This document shows, one piece after another, positions 26,287-34,671 of a stretch of DNA of 35,637 bases. A program made the translations under genes and the position numbers. This DNA is from Candidatus Heimdallarchaeota archaeon (lineage in GTDB: Archaea; Asgardarchaeota; Heimdallarchaeia; Hodarchaeales; Hodarchaeaceae), in assembly GCA_019057635.1 (NCBI GenBank), contig DXJL01000181.1:1-35637 (forward strand). The letters run 5' to 3'. Under the pieces are notes generated by a model. It saw only the letters and a program-made list of their open reading frames with translations. It had not been told where the DNA came from and ran no database searches. How positions within the stretch are numbered: the first letter of the stretch is position 1; each line of letters begins with the position of its first letter.

Positions 26287-28228
26287 CTAAAACCTCTTTT
26301 ACATTTTTCGGAGCAATAACATCATAAGGACATACTTCAGAACATAAACCACACCTTGCACAGAGGAACTGATCAATAATTGGAATAACTTTCCCTTTTT
26401 CATTTTTCTGATCTGACCACATTATAGCAGGACAAGCAATCCGGTTTATACACGCATGACACCCCACACATCGAGAAGATTCCACTACATATGTAATATC
26501 AGGGAGACCCTCCCGTCTTACAAATTGAATCCTACATTCACCTTTCGAGATAATTACAGAGACGCCATCAAATTTCACAGCTTCTTTCATAACTTCTAGT
26601 GAACTCTTCGGATCAAAAGCGTCTACTTCTGTAACATATTTCACCCCTACACCCTTTGCCGCTTCTGCTATTGACAATTTTTCCCCAGGATTAGGTTGGA
26701 ATCCAGTCATTGCTGTTGCAGCATTATCAACAACAAGGAGAAGTAATTTACTATTATTGTAAACAGCATTTACCAAACCAGGAAGTCCTGTGTGCCAAAA
26801 TGTAGAGTCGCCTATTATGGCCACTACTGGATCCTTTTGATTTGGTATCTGGGAAATTCCAGACCCTATGCCTAACGAAGAACCCATACATATAACTAAA
26901 TGACCTGCATTTAATGGTGGGGATGCTCCTAGCGTGTAACAACCTATATCGGTACTTACAATGCGATGACGTTTAGGAATTGCCTTATTAAGGGCATAAA
27001 AGGTTGCGCGATGAGGACAGCCAGGACAAAGTACTGGGGGACGAGAAAATAGTAAATCACTTTCAATAGAAGGAATGGATGGAATAGATACTTCTTGATT
27101 CAGTACTCTTGACAAACCTTTCAAGAGTTTTCTTGTAGTAAGTTCTCCGTGGGGTGGTGTGATTCCCTCAGCACGTCCAATAATTTTTCCAAGAAAATTT
27201 TCCTCAAATGACAATTTTTTGACGAAGGTTTCTAAAACAGAATCAGCTTCCTCAATAATTAGAATGGTACTAGAAGAATAAACCTTGAGAAATTCACCTA
27301 CAATCTTTTTGGGGAATGGGTGAGAAACCCCAATTTTTAATACGGGAAAATCTAGTTCCAGATGGTTTATAACCTCTCGGGTATACGCGTAAGCCGATCC
27401 ACTAGTTATTATAGAATATTCCTGTTGTTTTCCTTGTTCAATTCGATTCCAATTACTTCCTACCATATATTTTGAAATACGTTCCACACGTTCCAAAATT
27501 CGTAACTTATTTTGTCTAGCGTTACCTGGAACACATACGAACCGAGATGGATCGATTTTAAGTTTCATATCTACTGGAATTCTTGGATTTGTAATGGGAT
27601 TAAGTGGAATATCTGCTCTAGAATGTGCAATTCTAGTGACGGTTCTCAGAATAACGGGAGTTTCAAACTTCTCACTTGCTTCAAAGGCTGATTCAAGCAT
27701 TTCTTTGGCTTCTCTAGCATCACTGGGTTCGAACATAGGAATATTAGCGAGTTTAGTGTACCACCGATTATCTTGTTCGTTTTGGCTACTATGCATTTCT
27801 GGATCTTCTGCAACAATCATCACCAACCCACCTAACACTCCAGTATTGATTAAAGTTAAAAAAGCATCAGCTGCAACATTTAAGCCAACGTGTTTACAGA
27901 TGAAAACTGTTCTTAACCCACTAAATGAGAACCCATATGCACTTTCAAGTGCAACAGCTTCATTTGTACTCCATTCAAGATAGAGATCATAACCTTTTTG
28001 TTTTAGGACATCTTTCGCCATGAAAAGAGTTGTAGGAATTTCAGATGAAGGGGTTCCTGGATATGTAAACACTCCTGCAACACCTAGCTCAACAATTCCA
28101 CGCGCAATAGCCTCATTCCCTAGTAGAACAAGATTTTTCTTCCCTACTTCCTTAACATCTTGGAATATATCTTGTAGCTTTGCCAAAATTGTGTCAACTC
28201 GAAAAAAATAAAAGAGGTAAATTTCCAA
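26279..28228 (-). CDS. iorA: Indolepyruvate:ferredoxin oxidoreductase alpha subunit
   Basis: LLGNEAIARG, YPGTPSSE, KHVGLNVAAD, SSQNEQD, RPPVLCPGCPH, DIGCY, TPP motif GDST...DN, two C-terminal 4Fe-4S motifs. True start is a few codons inside the ORF. Confidence 0.97.
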   Translation of the reverse strand: MEIYLFYFFRVDTILAKLQDIFQDVKEVGKKNLVLLGNEAIARGIVELGVAGVFTYPGTPSSEIPTTLFMAKDVLKQKGYDLYLEWSTNEAVALESAYGFSFSGLRTVFICKHVGLNVAADAFLTLINTGVLGGLVMIVAEDPEMHSSQNEQDNRWYTKLANIPMFEPSDAREAKEMLESAFEASEKFETPVILRTVTRIAHSRADIPLNPITNPRIPVDMKLKIDPSRFVCVPGNARQNKLRILERVERISKYMVGSNWNRIEQGKQQEYSIITSGSAYAYTREVINHLELDFPVLKIGVSHPFPKKIVGEFLKVYSSSTILIIEEADSVLETFVKKLSFEENFLGKIIGRAEGITPPHGELTTRKLLKGLSRVLNQEVSIPSIPSIESDLLFSRPPVLCPGCPHRATFYALNKAIPKRHRIVSTDIGCYTLGASPPLNAGHLVICMGSSLGIGSGISQIPNQKDPVVAIIGDSTFWHTGLPGLVNAVYNNSKLLLLVVDNAATAMTGFQPNPGEKLSIAEAAKGVGVKYVTEVDAFDPKSSLEVMKEAVKFDGVSVIISKGECRIQFVRREGLPDITYVVESSRCVGCHACINRIACPAIMWSDQKNEKGKVIPIIDQFLCARCGLCSEVCPYDVIAPKNVKEVLGE

Positions 28229-28380
28229 TTAGCATTATTATACGACGATATGATTTGCAAAGTAATAGTTTTTGCTTTATATTTTATTGCCTTATAGGAC
28301 TCAGTCACCAAAAATTAACTAGAATTAAGTTGATTGAAAGATTATCAGTCCTTTCCCCCTGTTTATTCGAGTACACTTGT

Positions 28381-28878
28381 TCAAGGACTCTTGTAGGTTA
28401 TTGCTGTAGAAATTCGAGAATTTTCTTTCAATCTTAGGCCTTTTTCTCCAACCTGTAAAATTGTGGTAATTTTCTGCCCCCCTGCTGAAGGTGTCCAATA
28501 GAAGGCTGGATGAGTGCTACCAGTCTGAAATAATCGTGTATGAGGAAAAATAAGAGTGAAATAGTTCACATTGTTCAATATTTCGTTATAGGTGAGTAGA
28601 TATTGGCCTGGTGGAAGACTCCACCAGGCATATTTCGGATCATCCTCAATAATCGGAGTAACTTTTTCGAGTATGGCTGATTTAAATTCACTACCTCCAA
28701 AATCAAGATGACCCTGACTATAGAAAGAATCAATTGATTTTATCGTCAAATCTATTGCACTTTTTCTAATTTGTTTGGGTGGAAATACTAGATTTTTCCA
28801 GATAATGAGAATTTCATCATTTTGTACTATAACCAATTTCATCACCGAATCAAGAACACCTGGAATTAGGAGTTCCAA
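28381..28878 (-). CDS. dCTP deaminase / dUTPase-superfamily protein
   Basis: Q.....IDLT, G.LDFGGSE, W.L.PG.YLLTYNE, ENSRIS fit the trimeric dUTPase fold. Confidence 0.8.
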   Translation of the reverse strand: MELLIPGVLDSVMKLVIVQNDEILIIWKNLVFPPKQIRKSAIDLTIKSIDSFYSQGHLDFGGSEFKSAILEKVTPIIEDDPKYAWWSLPPGQYLLTYNEILNNVNYFTLIFPHTRLFQTGSTHPAFYWTPSAGGQKITTILQVGEKGLRLKENSRISTAITYKSP

Positions 28879-29012
28879 TTAACAGATACATTTCAGTTAC
28901 ACATCCGCAGAATCTTTATTATTGTTTTCAAAAATTTTTGGACTTGAAGTGAGTCAACAGAGATTTGACAATTTCATATCAAATCACTATGAACACCTGA
29001 AGATGAATACAA

Positions 29013-30476
29013 ATGACCCATTATCTTGATCCTTTCTTCAATCCGCAATCAATCGCACTTGTAGGAGCTAGTAACAACATTTCCTCTTGGGGTTTCATCG
29101 TTGCCCATAATATTATACAGAATAACTATACTGGTTCTTTCTATCCTATAAATCTAAAAAGTGATAAGATTTTGGGACATGTTGCTTATGCAACAATTTT
29201 GGATATACCACAAGAAGTTAAAATCGATCTAGTAATTATAATTATACCTGCTGTTAAGGTTTTATCAATTCTCAAACAAATGACAATACGTAAAATTCAT
29301 CATGTCGTTATTATCTCTGGTGGGTTCAAAGAATCAGGAAATGAAGGAGAATTACTAGAACAAGAAGTAGGTACCTATGCAATGAAAAACGGTATCCGAA
29401 TAATAGGTCCCAATGGGATGGGAATAGTCTCAACACGAGTGAATCTTACAGCTGTAATGTGGCCAGTCAAGGAATTAAAACAAGGAAGTCTTGCCTTTAT
29501 TTCCCAATCTGGAAACATAGGAACAATAGGGATATCTGTAGCTTCTCGTCGAGGGATAGGATTGAATACATACGTCTCAGCAGGAAATATGGCTGATTTA
29601 ACCATTGCAGATTATCTTGAATATTTCGGGAAGTACGATAAAAAAACACGAGTCATCGGACTCTATGTTGAGGGGGTACAGGATGCAAGAAGGTTTGTCT
29701 CACTTGTGAAGGAAATATCAAAAATTAAACCAGTGATTATACTGAAGGCTGGGGGAACAAAGGCGGGCCGACGAGCCGCACATTCTCATACTGGTGCCAT
29801 TACAGGAGATGATGCCGTTTTCAAAGATATACTGCGGAATGCAGGGAGTATAATAGTAAATTCCCTAGAAGAGATGTTTGACTTATTTTTAGCTTTTTCT
29901 AACTGGATCGACTGGTCTTTTCCGAGAGGTAAAGTAGTGATACTGACTTTAGGGGGAGGTTGGGGAGTGATGGCCGCAGATGAATGTTCTCGTCATGGAA
30001 TAACGCTTGAAACGTTATCAGAAAAAGCTTATGAGCGAATCAACGCCATTTTACCTCCTTATTGGTCTAAGGGAAATCCTATCGATACTGTTGCATCTTT
30101 GAATCTAGATTCTCTAAGACAAATAATGCTGATTGTCTTTGAAGAAATGCCTCAAGTCGAAGCAATTCTCTTACTTGGAATTGGTGGGTTTTCATTTCTT
30201 GCTAATTTAGCCAAATCTTCCCCTCTAATTCCTGAAGAAGATAAATCTAGTTTAGATTTTATAATACAAGCAGAGGTAGAGTTATTTAAAGAAATTTTAG
30301 TACTATCTGATAGATTTCGTAAACCAATATTGATTACGACATTACTAGTTCCTGCAGATTCTCCTGGAGTAAAATATTTACAGTCTCAGAATTTTCCTCT
30401 TTTTTCAAGTCCAGCAAACATGGTCCAAGTTTTCAGGTATATGGTTAACCACTACCACTGGAAAAATCGAATTTAG
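29013..30476 (+). CDS. ADP-forming acyl-CoA synthetase alpha subunit (CoA-binding and ligase domains)
   Basis: FFNPQSIALVGAS, IIGPNGMG, ISQSG, GNMAD, AAHSHTGA (phospho-His), GGGWGV, NPID; no ATP-grasp domain. Confidence 0.92.
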   Translation: MTHYLDPFFNPQSIALVGASNNISSWGFIVAHNIIQNNYTGSFYPINLKSDKILGHVAYATILDIPQEVKIDLVIIIIPAVKVLSILKQMTIRKIHHVVIISGGFKESGNEGELLEQEVGTYAMKNGIRIIGPNGMGIVSTRVNLTAVMWPVKELKQGSLAFISQSGNIGTIGISVASRRGIGLNTYVSAGNMADLTIADYLEYFGKYDKKTRVIGLYVEGVQDARRFVSLVKEISKIKPVIILKAGGTKAGRRAAHSHTGAITGDDAVFKDILRNAGSIIVNSLEEMFDLFLAFSNWIDWSFPRGKVVILTLGGGWGVMAADECSRHGITLETLSEKAYERINAILPPYWSKGNPIDTVASLNLDSLRQIMLIVFEEMPQVEAILLLGIGGFSFLANLAKSSPLIPEEDKSSLDFIIQAEVELFKEILVLSDRFRKPILITTLLVPADSPGVKYLQSQNFPLFSSPANMVQVFRYMVNHYHWKNRI

Positions 30477-30478
30477 AA

Positions 30479-31906
30479 CTATTCTTTTTCCTGATAGAAT
30501 GTTGGCACCATCGCTTGTGACAAAACTAAAGACATTCCTGCCTCTGTAAAGCCTAAACATAACAGTAAGAGCCCCAATACTAGTTCATCTTCCAAAGCTG
30601 ACTTTCCAATTATTTGAGGTAATGATGAACCTATAATCAACCCCCAACGGACATTTTCATCTTGTTCCTTCTGTAAACGATCGATAATCTCCGGGTTTTC
30701 TTTATTTTCTGGATTCATTTGATAAAGACATGAATACGCAAGGCTAGCTATTCGTTTCACCTGTTGGTCACTGGAATAAATAAATTGTTCAAAGTAAGAT
30801 GCATATGAATATTTGTCTTCGAGTAAACAAAAGGAAAATGAACGCAATAAAATTAGGAAACGGCCAAAATAACCTGAATCCCGTTGAGCAAAGCCCTCTT
30901 TAATAAAAGGTTCAAGATCAATTGATTCTTTTGTTGTCTCAAGAAAAAAACTTGCATTAATTCCTGATGCTTTGATATCCATTGTATTACTACGAATTAA
31001 TCCAAGTAATATTTTCATAATCTGTTGATTTGTAGATAATATTTGATAAATCTGGTCATAGTCGGGGTCCAATTCTTTTATTTGTTCCAAAGTCTGTAAG
31101 AATTTTTTCTTCATTTGTTTATTATTATATAAAGAAAAAAAGGTGAAGATAATTGCGAGGTCTGTTCCAAATTTAGATTGAAACTCAAACTCTCCATGAA
31201 TTAACTTGTTTAGCTTCTCCATTCGAATAATTGGATCTGAAATAAGTGGAAGAAGAAATGCAAAACAAACAATGGCTATCCTTCGACTTTCTTTATTCGT
31301 TAAATGTGGAATTATTGACTCTAAAATAAAGTCGGTAGCATTCTCCGTATTCCCTGAATTTATCGCACTTAAAGCAAAACCTATAAAATATAGAGTAGGA
31401 TTCTCAAATTTAAAATTTAAGTAAGATTCCAATAAATATTTAAAATCCTTGTTAGAAGATTTAGATGTTTCTCCGAGGAGTCCCATACTCACAGCTAGAC
31501 CTTGTTTTACCTGTTCTGGTTGATTTTTGAATTTCTTTTTAATTTCTTTGTTAACTTTCCTCTTAATCTTAGTATTTTGTGTAAAATAAGCGTTAATCCC
31601 TTGGCCTAGTGCGGATGTAATCCTGATTGATGAAAATGGATCCTTGAAATGCTTTTTTAATACCTTCTGTTGCCGTTTTGGTTTTTTTCCTTTTTCTAAG
31701 ATAGATGAAAAGGCTAATCCGATAATACCTGACCGTCTAATACTCAAATTTTGGCTTTTAATCGCATTTTCAAGGTATCTGAAACGAATTTTATTTTTAA
31801 TATTTGGTTCGAATCCTAATGCAATTGCTAAAGCTTCTTGTTCAGTCATTGAAACCGTTTTCAGGCGTTCAAGCAAAAATTCTGCAATAGGATCATAATG
31901 CTTCAA
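30479..31906 (-). CDS. Alpha-solenoid (HEAT/PC-repeat-like) protein
   Basis: At least seven [IV][RK]xx-small-hh-small-h-small repeats, e.g. SIRRSGIIGLAF, QVKQGLAVSMGL, NVRWGLIIGSSL. Confidence 0.7.
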   Translation of the reverse strand: MKHYDPIAEFLLERLKTVSMTEQEALAIALGFEPNIKNKIRFRYLENAIKSQNLSIRRSGIIGLAFSSILEKGKKPKRQQKVLKKHFKDPFSSIRITSALGQGINAYFTQNTKIKRKVNKEIKKKFKNQPEQVKQGLAVSMGLLGETSKSSNKDFKYLLESYLNFKFENPTLYFIGFALSAINSGNTENATDFILESIIPHLTNKESRRIAIVCFAFLLPLISDPIIRMEKLNKLIHGEFEFQSKFGTDLAIIFTFFSLYNNKQMKKKFLQTLEQIKELDPDYDQIYQILSTNQQIMKILLGLIRSNTMDIKASGINASFFLETTKESIDLEPFIKEGFAQRDSGYFGRFLILLRSFSFCLLEDKYSYASYFEQFIYSSDQQVKRIASLAYSCLYQMNPENKENPEIIDRLQKEQDENVRWGLIIGSSLPQIIGKSALEDELVLGLLLLCLGFTEAGMSLVLSQAMVPTFYQEKE

Positions 31907-32108
31907 TCTAAATCCTCATTTTATAGTAAACGGCTTAACAAATCTCAATTATGCCTTATATAATTTGTTGTGTTGGAACTACCCATGAAAGTCAATAGAG
32001 GGGATAATTCCGATCAATCCTATCCATTTCATTCAGAATATCTCATTTCCCAATACATATTTGAATTCTTTAACAAGAGGTTCCTTTATAGTTTTAGTAG
32101 GGTGATAA

Positions 32109-32891
32109 TTGAATATGACTTATTCTAATATTATTGTTACTACAGAGAATCGGATAACTACAATAAAAATAAATCGCGAAAAAGCTTTGAATGCTTTAAA
32201 CGAAAAAACAATTGTAGAATTACATGATTGCATAGATCAGTTATCTCAATCGGAAGATACTAAAGTCGTGGTAATTGCAGGTGTAGGAAAGAAATCCTTC
32301 ATCGCAGGCGCAGATATTACAATGTTTGAAGGCAAATCTCCGACAACTATTAGGAAAATCATCTTAAAATTCCAAGAAACTTTAAATAAACTAGAAGATC
32401 TACCCTTCCCTGTAATCGCTTCGATTAATGGTTATTGTTTAGGTGGTGGAATTGAACTAGCGATGGCATGTGACTTACGAATAGCTAGTAATACTGCCAT
32501 AATAGGTCAACCAGAAATAAAACTCGGTTTGATTCCTGGAGCAGGGGGTACTCAACGGTTATCACGAATAGTAGGGACTGGTAGAGCCAAAGAAATTATT
32601 TTTTTGGGTGATAACATTGATGCAGAATCTGCAAAATCGTTTGGACTAGTAAATTGGGTTGTTCCTCCCGAAAAGCTTGAAGAGAAAACTCTAAAAATCG
32701 CCTCCCGTCTTGCAAAGGGGCCTTCATTTGCTTTGAATATGGCAAAAGAAGCAATTAACAGAGGACCAGAAAGTTCCCTTCTTGATGCAATCAGGATGGA
32801 AGCAGAATTATTTTCTCTTTGTTTTGCACATGAGGATGTCAAAGAGGGAGTTGATGCTTTTCTCAACAAGCGAAAACCGAATTTTAACTAG
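32109..32891 (+). CDS. Enoyl-CoA hydratase (crotonase family)
   Basis: INREKALNALN, FIAGADI, GYCLGGGIELAMACD, GQPEIKLGLIPGAGGTQRL; both catalytic Glu present. Confidence 0.95.
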   Translation: MNMTYSNIIVTTENRITTIKINREKALNALNEKTIVELHDCIDQLSQSEDTKVVVIAGVGKKSFIAGADITMFEGKSPTTIRKIILKFQETLNKLEDLPFPVIASINGYCLGGGIELAMACDLRIASNTAIIGQPEIKLGLIPGAGGTQRLSRIVGTGRAKEIIFLGDNIDAESAKSFGLVNWVVPPEKLEEKTLKIASRLAKGPSFALNMAKEAINRGPESSLLDAIRMEAELFSLCFAHEDVKEGVDAFLNKRKPNFN

Positions 32892-33595
32892 TGGGCGCTG
32901 CAAAAATTATGGGTACCTTAATACCTCGGCTAAAGGAATATGAAAAATCACTCCTTTCCGAATTTTCACAGGAAATCCATGGTAATAAGACCCCCATTAT
33001 CGCGATTGGAGGATTTTCAGGTACTGGAAAAGATACTGTCGCATTAATTATCCAGAAATACTTTGAAACTCATCATCATCTTTCCCTAAAATTAATTCAT
33101 GCAGGAGAATATATTAGGAAAATAGCTGTTGAATCAGGGTGGGATGAGAAGAATATGGATGAATTTATGGAGCATATTAAAAATACGCAAGATAATGAGT
33201 TTGCAGAAAAGGTAGATTTAGAGATTGAAAAACATGCATTGAAAACAGCTCTTCTAAAAGGCGGGATTTTTGTAGGAAGAATGGCTCCATTTGCCATTGG
33301 AACTCATGGTACGACAATTTGGTTGGAAGTTGCGGCACAAGTAATTGTACAAAGAATAACCAATGATCCTACCCGTTCTGAATACCGTATGAATGAAGAG
33401 GAGTTAATTAAGAAAATCCAATCACGTGATCAGACTGATGGAGATCGATTGGAAAGAATATATCACGTATCGTTCCGTGATAAAAAACATTTCGACCTAA
33501 CTTTGAGAAATGAATCGTATTCACTTGTAGAGCTAGAGGGTATTATCATAAAACTACTTGAGGAAAAATTTTCTACTAATAATAGCGAGGATTAG
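32891..33595 (+). CDS. Cytidylate-kinase-like P-loop kinase
   Basis: IAIGGFSGTGKDT, AGE.IR.IA, GR, RD..D..R...IY; overlaps the crotonase stop by 1 nt. Confidence 0.8.
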   Translation: MGAAKIMGTLIPRLKEYEKSLLSEFSQEIHGNKTPIIAIGGFSGTGKDTVALIIQKYFETHHHLSLKLIHAGEYIRKIAVESGWDEKNMDEFMEHIKNTQDNEFAEKVDLEIEKHALKTALLKGGIFVGRMAPFAIGTHGTTIWLEVAAQVIVQRITNDPTRSEYRMNEEELIKKIQSRDQTDGDRLERIYHVSFRDKKHFDLTLRNESYSLVELEGIIIKLLEEKFSTNNSED

Positions 33596-33598
33596 AAA

Positions 33599-34108
33599 TT
33601 GGAGCTTGAAAACCTTTCTAAAGATGACCTAATAAAAATTATAAACATGTATGCTAAAAATTGGTTAGCGCATGATGGCTGCTGGTTTTTAGCAGCAGAA
33701 AAAAGACATGGGCTAGAGGAAGCTATTCAAATTGACAAAGAAGGATGGAAAAATTTCACGGTTGTTGAGGCAAAACGTATCATGAAAATGTTCAATATAC
33801 CAGAAGGATCCGGGTTGGATGCATTAGAAAAAGCACTATCATTACGTCTTTATGCAACAATCAATATTCAAGAAATCGACAGAGTCTCACCCACTAAATT
33901 GATTTTCAAAATGAAAACATGTCGAGTTCAAGTTGCTCGTGAAAGAAAGAATTTACCTCATTTTCCATGTAAAGAAGTTGGTTTAGTAGAATATACTGGT
34001 TTTGCGAAAACTATCGATTCACGGATTCAAACTAAAGTCATTGCATGCCCACCAGATGAATTAGAAAGGGATTTTCATTGCGGTTGGGAGTTTTTAATCC
34101 CAGAATGA
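33599..34108 (+). CDS. DUF6125-like Cys-containing protein
   Basis: WLAHDG.WF, CRVQ.AR.RK, PCK.VG..EY..FA..ID, CPPD, C.WEF; family recalled from memory. Confidence 0.75.
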   Translation: MELENLSKDDLIKIINMYAKNWLAHDGCWFLAAEKRHGLEEAIQIDKEGWKNFTVVEAKRIMKMFNIPEGSGLDALEKALSLRLYATINIQEIDRVSPTKLIFKMKTCRVQVARERKNLPHFPCKEVGLVEYTGFAKTIDSRIQTKVIACPPDELERDFHCGWEFLIPE

Positions 34109-34166
34109 AACAGAAATCAAAGATATTTCTTATCAGGGGTTAAATTTCATAGGAATTTAATTAGGT

Positions 34167-34502
34167 TTATTCAGACCATACCCAATTACACTTAACACAT
34201 TGGAAATAGGTGGTTGTTTCCCAATCTTCCTTTTTTCGATCTTCAGCTTCCCAATAACGAGCTTCAATGTGTTTACATTTCGGACAGATAACACGAGCTG
34301 TCGGTCGAACATCAAACTCATCTTCAATCACAGTTAGTCGATCTTTCTCTGTATGAGCAATTTTCGATTTTATCTGGTATGATTGATCCTTAAATTCTTC
34401 TTTGGATTCTTCCTTGCATACTTTACAGTACAGAGAGATTGAACCGTCATCATTTCTGTTTGGCTGAAGTAAGGTACCACAATTTTCGCAAAAATTTACC
34501 AT
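34167..34502 (-). CDS. TFS / RpoM (RPB9-RPC11-like) double zinc-ribbon protein with a non-canonical acidic hairpin
   Basis: FCENCG.LL.P...CKVC and CPKC...A.YW...CVKC...W.E; ATG at 34502 preferred. Confidence 0.88.
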   Translation of the reverse strand: MVNFCENCGTLLQPNRNDDGSISLYCKVCKEESKEEFKDQSYQIKSKIAHTEKDRLTVIEDEFDVRPTARVICPKCKHIEARYWEAEDRKKEDWETTTYFQCVKCNWVWSE

Positions 34503-34671
34503 GAGAATCACTCGTTCGAAGGAATATTTAGTATCCACCTTTTATTAGGTTTCTAAGCATCGAAGACTGATTTAAGATGAGATTTTCTAAGTATTATCAT
34601 TCTCCCCTTTTTAAAGCTATAGTAATAAGCTACCAATGATGAGAAAGGGTGGGGCCCGATGAGAAACATCA

